Virus record (IMG/VR): IMGVR_UViG_3300045988_180775
Source: a virus
DNA length: 64,000 bases
Strand: one strand, 5' to 3'
Positions within the stretch are counted from its first letter, which is position 1, and every line of letters starts with the position of its first letter. The notes under the pieces were generated by a model that was not told the origin of the DNA, did no database searches, and saw only the letters and a program-made list of their open reading frames with translations. This document shows positions 17,714 to 25,867 of the stretch, in pieces. The translations under genes were made by a program, and so were the position numbers.

Positions 17714-18680
17714 ATTCAAGAAAGTCCTGAAGCATCTTCCCTGCCTTTCCGTTGCGTAGCTTATCGAGTGTTTTATCTGTAACCTGACGGACACGCTCTC
17801 GCGTTAAGTCCATTTCGTCCCCGATTTCTTTGAGGGTATAAGCACAACCATCCTCCAATCCGAATCGTAAGCGAAGCACACAGGCGTCTCGTGCGGGCAT
17901 ATCGTGCAGGATTTTGTCCATCGTTTCCCATAGTGCCTTCCCTGACGTTGAAATTTCCGGGTTATCCCACTCGTTATGGCTTGGGATGAATTCCGAAAGC
18001 GGTGTGTTGGAATCGCTTGCGGCGTCCGAATTGACGGGCGCATCCAACGAGTCCGGCTTCCGGTACTGGAGCGAGTGTTGGATGATGCGCAGTTTTTTCT
18101 GCTGCTCCCTTTTTGAAAGGGAATCCCACGCATCCCCCTCCATGTATTTTGCGATTTCTAAAGGGTCATCACAAGGTAAGCCTTTTTGCTGCATTTGTTC
18201 TTTTGCATTATTGACGCTCCGCCTGCCCTCCGCAACATAGATGGGCTTGCGAATGGCTGGGTCCGTCGTGGCAAGTGCTCTTGTGATGTTTTGCCTTATC
18301 CAGAAGGTTGCGTAGGTGGAGAACTTCACATTCCTCGAAATGTCAAAAGAGTCGATGGAACGCATGAGGCCGATGTTGCCCTCCTGAATGAGGTCCATGA
18401 ACACCATAGAATCGGCTGAGTTTATATATTTCTTTGCGATGGACACAACAAGCCGAAGATTGCCCTCAACAACCTTATCTTTCGCCCGTCTTCCTGCTTC
18501 TATGGCCTTCATCAGGTCTTTCTCGATTTCGGGGTCAACTGCATTCCCACTCTCCTCGGCAATCACCCGCAGCGTTTCGAGCTGTTCGGCAGCGGCATTC
18601 CCCTTCTGCGCTTTTTCAATACAGCGATTCGCTTCTACCTGCGGCATAATGGGGATGCTGCCAATTTGGCTGAGATACAT
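17712..18680 (-). CDS. RNA polymerase sigma-70 family factor (regions 1.2, 2, 3, 4), element-encoded
   Basis: DLIQEGNIGLMRSIDSFDISRNVKFSTYATFWIRQNITRALA (region 2.1-2.4). YTLKEIGDEMDLTRERVRQVTDKTLDKLR (region 4.2 HTH). VAMYLSQIGSIPIMPQ (region 1.2). Track start 18884 is a TTG inside the promoter -35, so I trimmed to ATG 18680 (GTG 18686 also possible). Confidence 0.85.
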   Translation of the reverse strand: MYLSQIGSIPIMPQVEANRCIEKAQKGNAAAEQLETLRVIAEESGNAVDPEIEKDLMKAIEAGRRAKDKVVEGNLRLVVSIAKKYINSADSMVFMDLIQEGNIGLMRSIDSFDISRNVKFSTYATFWIRQNITRALATTDPAIRKPIYVAEGRRSVNNAKEQMQQKGLPCDDPLEIAKYMEGDAWDSLSKREQQKKLRIIQHSLQYRKPDSLDAPVNSDAASDSNTPLSEFIPSHNEWDNPEISTSGKALWETMDKILHDMPARDACVLRLRFGLEDGCAYTLKEIGDEMDLTRERVRQVTDKTLDKLRNGKAGKMLQDFLE

Positions 18681-18855
18681 CGCCACATGGTCGCCGATAT
18701 TTCCCGGCTGCTTCGCTTCGGTCTCCTGTTCATTCGAAGCTGCGATTTCTTCTGTTTCAGGCTGCTTTTCAATGGCTTCATAGGCAAGCGCACGGTCAGC
18801 GGCTAAATTACTGGTATTCGTGATGTCAACCACCCCCCCTTCATTGAATGCAGCA

Positions 18856-18884
18856 ATTATACCACACAATAGCTTACTTGTCAA
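18856..18884 (-). promoter_or_regulatory. sigma-A-type promoter (TTGACA-17-TGGTATAAT) upstream of sigma gene
   Basis: Minus strand TTGACAagtaagctattgtgTGgTATAAT. Member of a 7-copy promoter family. Confidence 0.65.
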
Positions 18885-18932
18885 TCAAAAGGCCGCCAGC
18901 GATGTGCTGACGGCCTTCCAGGATGGGAGAGA

Positions 18933-19436
18933 CTATTTTTGCTGTTGTGCTCGGAGTTGCTCCACCTCCGCCCTCCAGCGCGGTGTGGCCGTACTGATTG
19001 CCTCAACGGTACTTGGCGTGGTGGAGAGAGCCAGAATATCGGCTTTCGTCTTCACTCCTTTCAGACGGCGACACATCTCCTCGTAGGTCGTGCTGTTGTC
19101 TGCCGTAATCCAACAACCGCAGATGTCGTTTGAGCCGTCCTCGTTGTGCCGGCTGGCGGTAGTGGGAATCTCAATGCACCAGAGGGCGAACTCGGAATAT
19201 TCGGTGCTGCGGAATACATCCTGCACAAAGGGGTTTGTTTTCTTGAGCTGCTCCACAAGAGGACGCACGCAGTTTTTTTCCTGTTCATCCCTCCTTTGCG
19301 CAAGCCATATATTTTGCAATTCGAGAAAATGCGTTTCCTCGCCGCTTAATCTTTTCCCGTCAGCCGCCTTCTGAATGAGTTGCTTTCTCCGCTCCAAAAG
19401 CTCTTCAGCCGTTGGGAACTTACCGTTTTCAAACAT
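18933..19436 (-). CDS. hypothetical protein (167 aa)
   Basis: ORF. Confidence 0.5.
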   Translation of the reverse strand: MFENGKFPTAEELLERRKQLIQKAADGKRLSGEETHFLELQNIWLAQRRDEQEKNCVRPLVEQLKKTNPFVQDVFRSTEYSEFALWCIEIPTTASRHNEDGSNDICGCWITADNSTTYEEMCRRLKGVKTKADILALSTTPSTVEAISTATPRWRAEVEQLRAQQQK

Positions 19437-19440
19437 GATA

Positions 19441-19956
19441 TTATACCTCCAAAATTTCGATTCCGTACTTTTCCAACATAAGTTTGCGCTTCATGAGGTA
19501 CTTTTCGGTTCGTTTTCCCTTCGCGTCTTCCACGATACGCTCACCGTTGCGGAGATAGACGAAATCTGCCTTGTAGACCATTGGTCGAACCCGCTTGCCA
19601 TTTGGCCGTGTATAGCCCTCGACCAGCGTGAAGTCCTGCTGGAGCCGCAGGTCCTGGATTGCACCAACCTTGTACTGCAAATACAGTTCATCGAAGCGCC
19701 GTGCCTCCCGCTTGCTGGGGAATTTCACGGTTTCTCCATCCACCACGCGAATGACCTTTTTATTGCGATATTTGGATGGCTCAGCAGCGTCCGCTTCTTT
19801 CGGCTGTTTTTGCCTTTTCTGTGCTTCCGGCTGTTTTTTTGCTCGCTGCTGTTTCTGCTCGTCGAGCTTTGCACGCACCTGAATCTGTGCGGAAAGCGGC
19901 AGGCTATTGATGTCAATACCCACCTTCAGTTCCTCCGCCTGTTTGTGGCGCAGCAT
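19441..19956 (-). CDS. DUF1064-family phage protein (putative nuclease/resolvase-like)
   Basis: C-terminal YRNKKVIRVVDGETVKFPSKREARRFDELYL...DFTLVEGY...YKADFVYL...VEDAKG matches the DUF1064 pattern as I recall it. The K/Q-rich N-terminus may be over-called. Confidence 0.55.
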   Translation of the reverse strand: MLRHKQAEELKVGIDINSLPLSAQIQVRAKLDEQKQQRAKKQPEAQKRQKQPKEADAAEPSKYRNKKVIRVVDGETVKFPSKREARRFDELYLQYKVGAIQDLRLQQDFTLVEGYTRPNGKRVRPMVYKADFVYLRNGERIVEDAKGKRTEKYLMKRKLMLEKYGIEILEV

Positions 19957-20311
19957 TTTGGTTGCTTCCTTCTCGCAGCAGAATCAAATTCATGACCCTC
20001 CATACCGTCCAGATACACAGATGGCGAACTATGCTTCTGCTGGTGCCGTGCAGGTCGGCGATTTGCGAAAACGTCATTCTGTCACGAAAATACTTTTGGA
20101 CGATATCGCGGTTTCGCTCAGGAAGTGTGTCCAGCGCTTCATCGAACATCTCGTTAAAGCCCGGTGTAAATGAAATTTGATTCTTACCCCAGGCTGAAAT
20201 TTGATTTTTACACCAGGCAAAGGATGTATCGTACATAATGGCCGCCTTCCGCCACTCCTCCGGGGCGAACTCAGGCTTGTTAATCTTGTCTGTCGTTTGT
20301 TTCTTTGTCAT
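19913..20311 (-). CDS. small sigma-70 region-4-like HTH protein (132 aa)
   Basis: LPERNRDIVQKYFRDRMTFSQIADLHGTSRSIVRHL resembles sigma region 4/ECF HTH. Trimmed to ATG 20311 with RBS GGAAGGAGAAACAAAA. Contains a 24-bp tandem duplication (20171-20218). Confidence 0.45.
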   Translation of the reverse strand: MTKKQTTDKINKPEFAPEEWRKAAIMYDTSFAWCKNQISAWGKNQISFTPGFNEMFDEALDTLPERNRDIVQKYFRDRMTFSQIADLHGTSRSIVRHLCIWTVWRVMNLILLREGSNQNAAPQTGGGTEGGY

Positions 20312-21404
20312 TTTTGTTTCTCCTTCCAACAATCTCTCTTCGTGAGCTGCGCCACAGCATGAGCAGCATCTCGCTGACCGGTCTGGTTCGGTCCTTCCTC
20401 ACGGCTTTCCTCACGCATCGCAGATGCCCGCCGTCCGGGCAAAGCACACCGACGCCGTATGGCACAGTATCCTTCACCGCTTCGAAGACGTCTGCGGGCA
20501 TAACGTAGTAGTTGTAGTCCGCGATGAAGTTGTGCCCGTTAGGAGATTTGAAATCCTCCACAGAGGACTTGACCTCGTAGGCGTAGAAGTCCCCCTTCTC
20601 AATGCCGGAGGTCGAATTGTTGAGCGGCTGAAAGCGCATATAGTCCACGCGGATTTTGTGGTTCGTAGAGTAGTCGAATGTGACCTCTCTCGCCCAGTAG
20701 ATGCGTGGGTCGTTGCGCGGGTCGATGTATCGCTCCAGCATGGCAGAGAGCTGGCGAGTGTGTTCCTTCCGGGTGAAGGCATCACTCGTTTCCGGACAGA
20801 ATTGAGCTGGCTTTCCAAGGATGAAATGGAACGGCAGAGCCTTTTCCAGTACGTCGATAATATTCTGAAGGGTCCCCTGCCCGCATTGGCGCAGATTCTT
20901 CAGTTTGCCGCTCTCTATCAGTCGAACAACATCGCCGATACTTTGGGCACCACTGAACATAAGGCAGTTCTTGGTGCGAGTCGAGAAATTGAGGCACTGA
21001 AACGGAACAGAATCGCACAACTCCTCGATTTTTTTCCGGTTGCCATTCTCAATGGCTTCCTTCAAAGCAGAGGCGAGAGGGCTGCCTGCAAACCGGCGCA
21101 TTTCTTTCAGGATACCCCCCGCATATTTGGGGTGACGCAGCCTCCTTATGGCGAGGTCGAAGCAAGAGTGGAACTTGCCGATGTCAATTTCCAGTGCGTT
21201 TGCGCATTGTGTTGGTGTAAGACCGTCGCGGTAGCGTTTTAAGATAGCTTCCCGCTCCAACTCAGGGAATGTGGCGATGGCAGCGTCTACAGCTGCGTCG
21301 AAAGAGTCGGAGAACTCAGCACACGGCATACACAAGCAATCCTGCATCAAATTCTTTCGCCATTCTACTGACGAGCGAAGCAGGAAACGCTCCTCAGTGT
21401 TCAT
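20280..21404 (-). CDS. three-part protein: sigma region-4-like HTH, then RNAP alpha-CTD-like helix-hairpin-helix, then C-terminal PD-(D/E)xK-like domain
   Basis: EREAILKRYRDGLTPTQCANALEIDIGKFH (region-4-like). LNFSTRTKNCLMFSGAQSIGDVVRL...LKNLRQCGQGTLQNIIDVL (alpha-CTD-like). GDFYAYEVKSSVEDFK (D..E.K nuclease-like). Confidence 0.55.
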   Translation of the reverse strand: MNTEERFLLRSSVEWRKNLMQDCLCMPCAEFSDSFDAAVDAAIATFPELEREAILKRYRDGLTPTQCANALEIDIGKFHSCFDLAIRRLRHPKYAGGILKEMRRFAGSPLASALKEAIENGNRKKIEELCDSVPFQCLNFSTRTKNCLMFSGAQSIGDVVRLIESGKLKNLRQCGQGTLQNIIDVLEKALPFHFILGKPAQFCPETSDAFTRKEHTRQLSAMLERYIDPRNDPRIYWAREVTFDYSTNHKIRVDYMRFQPLNNSTSGIEKGDFYAYEVKSSVEDFKSPNGHNFIADYNYYVMPADVFEAVKDTVPYGVGVLCPDGGHLRCVRKAVRKDRTRPVSEMLLMLWRSSRREIVGRRNKNDKETNDRQD

Positions 21405-21616
21405 TCCGCTCCAACCTCCTCGTCATACTCTTCCGGGGTGATGATTTCTATGTCTTCCGCACTGTAGCCCAGTGCGTCAAGACACAGAAGTTCCGCGACC
21501 TTCTCTTTGTTGATGGATGCAGCAATTTCCTCGTATGAGATATCCCTCTCTGCCGCCTCAAAGCTCAGCTGTACCACAAATGTGGGCAGCCGAAAACAAA
21601 CTCTGTAATTTGCCAT
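21401..21616 (-). CDS. small acidic hypothetical protein (71 aa)
   Basis: ORF. 4-nt overlap with upstream gene. Confidence 0.4.
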   Translation of the reverse strand: MANYRVCFRLPTFVVQLSFEAAERDISYEEIAASINKEKVAELLCLDALGYSAEDIEIITPEEYDEEVGAE

Positions 21617-21631
21617 TTTTTGAATCCCTCC

Positions 21632-22129
21632 TTAAAAATCGTGGACGTACTGCCAACTCTGCGGTGCTCTCGCAAGTGCGAAGCAGTCGAGGCTCTTGGG
21701 CCGGTCATAGGCCTGCACATCAGAGATGTGCCATCCGTATCCCACGCGGCCACAGAGGTAGTCCTCTGCTTGCTTCACGGTGAGGCAGGCGTCCTCATAC
21801 AGTTTCCCCGCTGGGGTGTAGTTTCCAGGTTGTGCGTTGACACAGTATTGAAGCGGCGCGTTGCTGCCCATATAGCCCACGCGCACCACACGGTCAATTT
21901 CGGTACAGGTAAACTCCCCTACCACAAGACCGTTTGCTTTGTAAATTTTGCCGCCGCTGTGGATTTCAAGAATTTCACCTGGGTTCTTTGTGCCCTTACA
22001 GGAGCAGTAGAGAAATACCATGAAGGGCGGCGTAAGGTTCGGTCTGGACAGGCGCAGCTCCACGGTCTTCTGGCCCGACAGGATTTTCTGGAGCCACTCA
22101 GGTCGGATGCTGAGCATGATGTTTTTCAT
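21632..22129 (-). CDS. ASCH (PUA-like) domain protein
   Basis: MKNIMLSIRPEWLQKILSGQKTVELR matches the ASCH N-terminal pattern. Trimmed to ATG 22129 with RBS GGAAAGGAGTTTTCCT. Confidence 0.6.
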   Translation of the reverse strand: MKNIMLSIRPEWLQKILSGQKTVELRLSRPNLTPPFMVFLYCSCKGTKNPGEILEIHSGGKIYKANGLVVGEFTCTEIDRVVRVGYMGSNAPLQYCVNAQPGNYTPAGKLYEDACLTVKQAEDYLCGRVGYGWHISDVQAYDRPKSLDCFALARAPQSWQYVHDF

Positions 22130-22170
22130 AGGAAAACTCCTTTCCGACGGCAAAAGCCGCCTTGTCTTGC

Positions 22171-22198
22171 TTGACAAAGCGGCTTGCTGGTGTATAAT
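22171..22198 (+). promoter_or_regulatory. plus-strand sigma-A consensus promoter (TTGACA-16-TGTATAAT)
   Basis: TTGACAaagcggcttgctggtgTATAAT. The only strong plus-strand promoter seen. Drives a short transcript ending at the terminator about 90 nt downstream. Confidence 0.6.
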
Positions 22199-22204
22199 AA
22201 AAGC

Positions 22205-22296
22205 AGAAAGGCGATACCGATAAGCGGTCAGCCTAAGAGAATAGAGTCAAACGAAATGACCGTCTTCCTTTGGCGAGGGGCGGTCATTTTCGTTTG
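22205..22296 (+). ncRNA. candidate antisense small RNA (type I antitoxin-like), about 90 nt
   Basis: Starts about 7 nt after the -10 box. Ends at hairpin gaccgtcttcc-tttg-gcgaggggcggtc (G-U wobbles favour plus-strand folding) followed by ATTTTCGTTT. Its 3' end overlaps the 3' end of the convergent 28-aa peptide gene. Confidence 0.5.
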
Positions 22297-22370
22297 CAAA
22301 TCTGAACTATCAGACCCACAAGGCCGATGATAACAAGAGAATACGCAAAAAGCGATTCGTAAGTAACCAT
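22284..22370 (-). CDS. 28-aa hydrophobic peptide, Fst/Ldr-like candidate type I toxin
   Basis: Unannotated ORF ATG...TGA encoding MVTYESLFAYSLVIIGLVGLIVQICKRK (polar N-terminus, TM helix, KRK tail). SD GGAGGGAGGTGAT sits 4 nt before ATG and is buried in stem cacttccct/agggaggtg. Own promoter lies upstream. Confidence 0.5.
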   Translation of the reverse strand: MVTYESLFAYSLVIIGLVGLIVQICKRK

Positions 22371-22452
22371 TGGCATCACCTCCCTCCACAGGGAAGTGCC
22401 GACCGCCTACCGTATATGGTAACGCCTTTCTGGCTCCTTTTGGAGCATTGTA

Positions 22453-22481
22453 ATCTTACCAAAAAGGCCCCGCTTTGTCAA
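22453..22481 (-). promoter_or_regulatory. promoter for the 28-aa peptide mRNA (TTGACA-17-TAAGAT)
   Basis: Minus strand TTGACAaagcggggcctttttggTAAGATtacaat. About 76-nt structured leader. Confidence 0.45.
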
Positions 22482-22644
22482 TTTCCGCCGCCCACGGTTT
22501 ATCCGCAGGTGGTTATTTTTTTGCCTCGGCTGCTGCATGGGGAAGCCGCACCCAGCCGCCCTTGTGACGAACAAGCTGGATTTTCTTCATAGGAGGCTGG
22601 GCCGGAGTTTCCGGCGCACCCGCCCGCCATTCGGCGGGGTAAAG

Positions 22645-22983
22645 CTAAAGAGCAGCGTCCTGATTGACAGGACATTCGAGACTCATGTTTTTTCTCTTCT
22701 CACAGGACTCTGCCTGCGACCACAAGCTGTTTGGTAGATTGAGCACCGTTACGAGGACATCCCCTGCAAACAGATAGACGTGCCGGTGATATACTCGAAT
22801 ATTGTTGATGGTTTTGTTTTTGAAGCGGATGGATGCAAGGTATCCATTCAGGTGGCCTCTGGTCTCCGAGTGCTTCACGCCAAAGTCAAAGGCTTTCTGT
22901 GCATTGCGCACGGCTGCTCTTTTGCCGAGACCAGCACGCTGTTTTGTACGCTTCCTCGCGTGTTTACTTACCTGCGCTGACAT
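22645..22983 (-). CDS. basic hypothetical protein (112 aa), doubtful
   Basis: Track ORF trimmed to ATG 22983 (MSAQVSKHARKRTK...). 20-nt out-of-frame overlap with upstream gene. Confidence 0.3.
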   Translation of the reverse strand: MSAQVSKHARKRTKQRAGLGKRAAVRNAQKAFDFGVKHSETRGHLNGYLASIRFKNKTINNIRVYHRHVYLFAGDVLVTVLNLPNSLWSQAESCEKRKNMSLECPVNQDAAL

Positions 22984-23566
22984 GGTTCGTATCATTCTGA
23001 TGGACAGACACCGCGTTGCGATTGGCCTGCCGAATGAGCGACAGGATATCGTCCAGCCTGTTTCCACCAAAGTACACAAGTAATGGCTGATACAGCGCCA
23101 ATACCGCCACAACAAAGCAGACGGCATCAGCAGTACCCGCAGGGAAATCCGCCCGTGCCATAACTACAGAATACAGGCTTGCCAGCAGTACAATCGCCGC
23201 TGTGAGGGAAAGAACGGTATGGAAGAATAAAGCGAGCGCCTTACTCACAGCACCGCAGTTGGCGAACTTCTTCTCCACGAAATACTTCGCAGCCGGCAAG
23301 CCCACCAGGACTGCCAGCAGCACAAGCTGGATACCAAGAGAGACTTTGGGAATCTGGAACTCCCGGCTCTGGAAGAACAGCGTCACGCGGCTGCCGACGT
23401 TCAGTGTTTCAATGAGTAGGAATAGCCACAGAACCGCAAGCACCAGCGGTCTCGGCGCATTGAGCTTGCCCACGGCGAAATCGCACAACACCCATAGCAC
23501 AATGAGTACCGCAAGCTGCGGCATCATGAGCCGCCCTAATTCCAGAGCAAAACTAACAAAAGTCAT
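22964..23566 (-). CDS. multi-pass membrane protein (200 aa)
   Basis: Five to six hydrophobic helices (LAVLIVLWVLCDFAV, LVLAVLWLFLLI, LVLLAVLVGLPAA, LTAAIVLLASLYSVV, VCFVVAVLALYQPLLVYF). Confidence 0.55.
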   Translation of the reverse strand: MTFVSFALELGRLMMPQLAVLIVLWVLCDFAVGKLNAPRPLVLAVLWLFLLIETLNVGSRVTLFFQSREFQIPKVSLGIQLVLLAVLVGLPAAKYFVEKKFANCGAVSKALALFFHTVLSLTAAIVLLASLYSVVMARADFPAGTADAVCFVVAVLALYQPLLVYFGGNRLDDILSLIRQANRNAVSVHQNDTNHVSAGK

Positions 23567-23624
23567 TGTTCATTCCTCCTGAAAAATTTACTGATTCCTG
23601 TCATTTATTCGGCGGGAGTGCCGA

Positions 23625-23996
23625 CTAATTGTTGTAGGAATTGAAGGGGCAAAGCATACACTTTTGCAGGTCCTCGCCGCAGAACTGGCAGAAATCCACC
23701 TCGCTTTCCCGCATCTTCTCAAAGATGGCGGCGAAGTTCGGCCAGTGGAAGCCCAGCGCCTTTCCGAGATTGTCGAGAAGCACGTCCTGTGACATGGCAG
23801 ACACCAGCTCTGCGTCGCACAGCGGCTCGTCCGTTTCCGGGTCTATGGGACAGGTGATGATAGAGCCGCCGGTGATGTCTTCCCGCCATTGCGGCGGTGT
23901 TTCCCGGATGGTGTTGCCCTCCGTGTCCACAGTTTTTCTGGCCACCGTGTAGACGCCGCGCTGCACTACGACCGTGCTGCTCTTTGCATCCGGCAT
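23625..23996 (-). CDS. hypothetical protein (123 aa)
   Basis: ORF immediately downstream of helicase (2-nt gap). Confidence 0.5.
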   Translation of the reverse strand: MPDAKSSTVVVQRGVYTVARKTVDTEGNTIRETPPQWREDITGGSIITCPIDPETDEPLCDAELVSAMSQDVLLDNLGKALGFHWPNFAAIFEKMRESEVDFCQFCGEDLQKCMLCPFNSYNN

Positions 23997-23998
23997 TT

Positions 23999-25867
23999 TC
24001 AGTCTCCTTTCCCCGCCGCCAGCAGACGCGGCACAAATTCAGATACTTCCAGTTTTTCTTCGTACATCTTTCGGCAGGTGATGATTTCCAGTTCGTGCCG
24101 CGCCCGCGTCGCTCCGACGTAGAATGCTCGTGCATCCTCTTCGTCATCCTCCGCGTCGCGGTCGTCGCTGTCACCGGGAATGATGCCAGATACCATGTCG
24201 ATTAAGATGACCTTATCGAACTCCAGACCTTTACTGGAATGGATGGTGGTAACGGTCACATTGGAATCCTCGCAGCCCTTATATTCCGTGATGTTTTTGA
24301 GTGCGGCAAGAAAGTCCGGAATGGTCGAATATTTCTCCGCTACCATCTTCAAAATGCTGATACGCAGGCGGATAAACTGCTCGGAAGCACCGGCGTCAAT
24401 TTTCTTTGTCAGCCAGTTGTTCCAATAGTCGAGCACGAACAGAATGTAGTCGATAGCCTCGACGGGCTTCTTCTTCGCAATGTCTGAAAAGTCCCTCGGC
24501 AGGCATCCTATTTTCCATGTGTCTCCCTTGCCGCCCGCGAATTTCATCGCGGCGCTGAATACGTTCCGGCACTCCCCTTCTTCAACCGCCTCGATAATGC
24601 GCTTGGCGGTGACGCCCTTCATGTAAAGGCCCATTTTGTAGTACAGATGCCCAAAAGCGGTGGTGTCAGCAGGGTTCAGGGCCAGAAGCATAAAGTCGAG
24701 CAGGTCCCGAATGACGTAGTTCGTCATGAAGGTCCCCGTCGCATCTCTGGTTTGAACCTGAATGCCGTTCATCTGGAGCAGATTGATAAGAGGGATGGCA
24801 GAGTCGTTATTCCGATACAGAATTGCCAGGGATTCATCCGGCTTCTGATTCCGGATGCGCTCCAGCAGAAGCTCCGCCTGCTGTTCCATGCGGTCGATGC
24901 AGGTCACGACGATGGCTCCGTCCTTTTGGGACTGGGCACGCATATTCTTGTCGAGTCGTCTCGTATTCAGTTTGATGAACTGATTGGCCGCTGAGACGAT
25001 GTTCCTGTCGCTGCGGTAATTGGTCTCCATACGCAGGATACAGGGTTCGTTATAGTTGCTCTGGAAGTCCAGCAGTGCGGCAGGATACGCGCCTCGGAAG
25101 CCGTAGATGCTCTGGTCTTCGTCTCCGACCATGAAGATATTGCCATTCCGCCCAACCAGCTTCTGGACGATAAGGTGCTGGACATACGAGGTGTCCTGCG
25201 CCTCGTCCACACTCACATAGCGGAACTTCTCATGCGCCCGCTGTAAGATGTCCGGGTATTCATCCAGCAAATCATTTGCCATGAGAAGCTGGTCATCAAA
25301 ATCCATCAAATCATGCTCGCTCATGTAGAGCTTGTACGCCTGGTAAAAAGCAGAAAAATCAAGGCTGTTTTCTTCGATGGTCTCAATTTCCTGAAAGGTC
25401 ATGAGCTTGTTTTTTACTTTGCACACCTTCTGCGCGAGAGACCGCACCTGTGAATCACTGGGATACTCCGGAAGCATCTTAGCCGCAATAGCACGGACGA
25501 TGCTCTCGTTGTTCGGCACCAGCTTTGGTACATGAATGTACTTCTCTTTCGCACAGGTATTGATGACGGACAGGCAGAAGCTGTTGATAGTGGAGAATGC
25601 CGGTATCCGTTCCGGGGCAAACTTCTTTATGAAACGCTCCTTCATTTCCTTTGCCGCAGCGCGGGTATAAGTGATGGTCAGGATATTCTCCGGCTTTACG
25701 CCTGCGACATACATGAGATAGCCGGTTCTCGCTACGATGACCGTAGTTTTTCCGCTTCCCGGCACAGCAAGGAGCAGCGTTGCTCCATTCACGCGCCGGA
25801 CAGCGGCTTCCTGCTGTTCGTTGAGTCCGCAAATATTGAATTTTTGGCAAAAAGTGTGGTAATCCAA
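23999..25867 (-). CDS. UvrD/PcrA-family superfamily-1 DNA helicase
   Basis: Motif I AVPGSGKTTVIVAR, Ia TITYTRAAAKEMKER, II VSVDEAQDTS, III GDEDQSIYGFRGA. The track start lies upstream of the mapped promoter. Likely start is TTG 25867 (RBS GGGGGTG) or a later codon. Confidence 0.85.
   Translation of the reverse strand: MDYHTFCQKFNICGLNEQQEAAVRRVNGATLLLAVPGSGKTTVIVARTGYLMYVAGVKPENILTITYTRAAAKEMKERFIKKFAPERIPAFSTINSFCLSVINTCAKEKYIHVPKLVPNNESIVRAIAAKMLPEYPSDSQVRSLAQKVCKVKNKLMTFQEIETIEENSLDFSAFYQAYKLYMSEHDLMDFDDQLLMANDLLDEYPDILQRAHEKFRYVSVDEAQDTSYVQHLIVQKLVGRNGNIFMVGDEDQSIYGFRGAYPAALLDFQSNYNEPCILRMETNYRSDRNIVSAANQFIKLNTRRLDKNMRAQSQKDGAIVVTCIDRMEQQAELLLERIRNQKPDESLAILYRNNDSAIPLINLLQMNGIQVQTRDATGTFMTNYVIRDLLDFMLLALNPADTTAFGHLYYKMGLYMKGVTAKRIIEAVEEGECRNVFSAAMKFAGGKGDTWKIGCLPRDFSDIAKKKPVEAIDYILFVLDYWNNWLTKKIDAGASEQFIRLRISILKMVAEKYSTIPDFLAALKNITEYKGCEDSNVTVTTIHSSKGLEFDKVILIDMVSGIIPGDSDDRDAEDDEEDARAFYVGATRARHELEIITCRKMYEEKLEVSEFVPRLLAAGKGD

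Noticed and set aside
18681-18884. Track start codon of the sigma gene at 18884
   Set aside because: The start codon is a TTG that forms part of the -35 hexamer (TTGACA) of the gene's own promoter. A start there would lie upstream of the predicted transcription start. Trimmed to the first in-frame ATG preceded by the promoter.
22201-22250. Shared AATAGA(A)G/CCTAAGA motif between the candidate sRNA (GCCTAAGAGAATAGAG) and cassette copy 6 (TTAGGAATAGAAGTACCTAAGAACC)
   Set aside because: Short, AT-rich and present in only one cassette copy. Likely coincidence, so not used as evidence.
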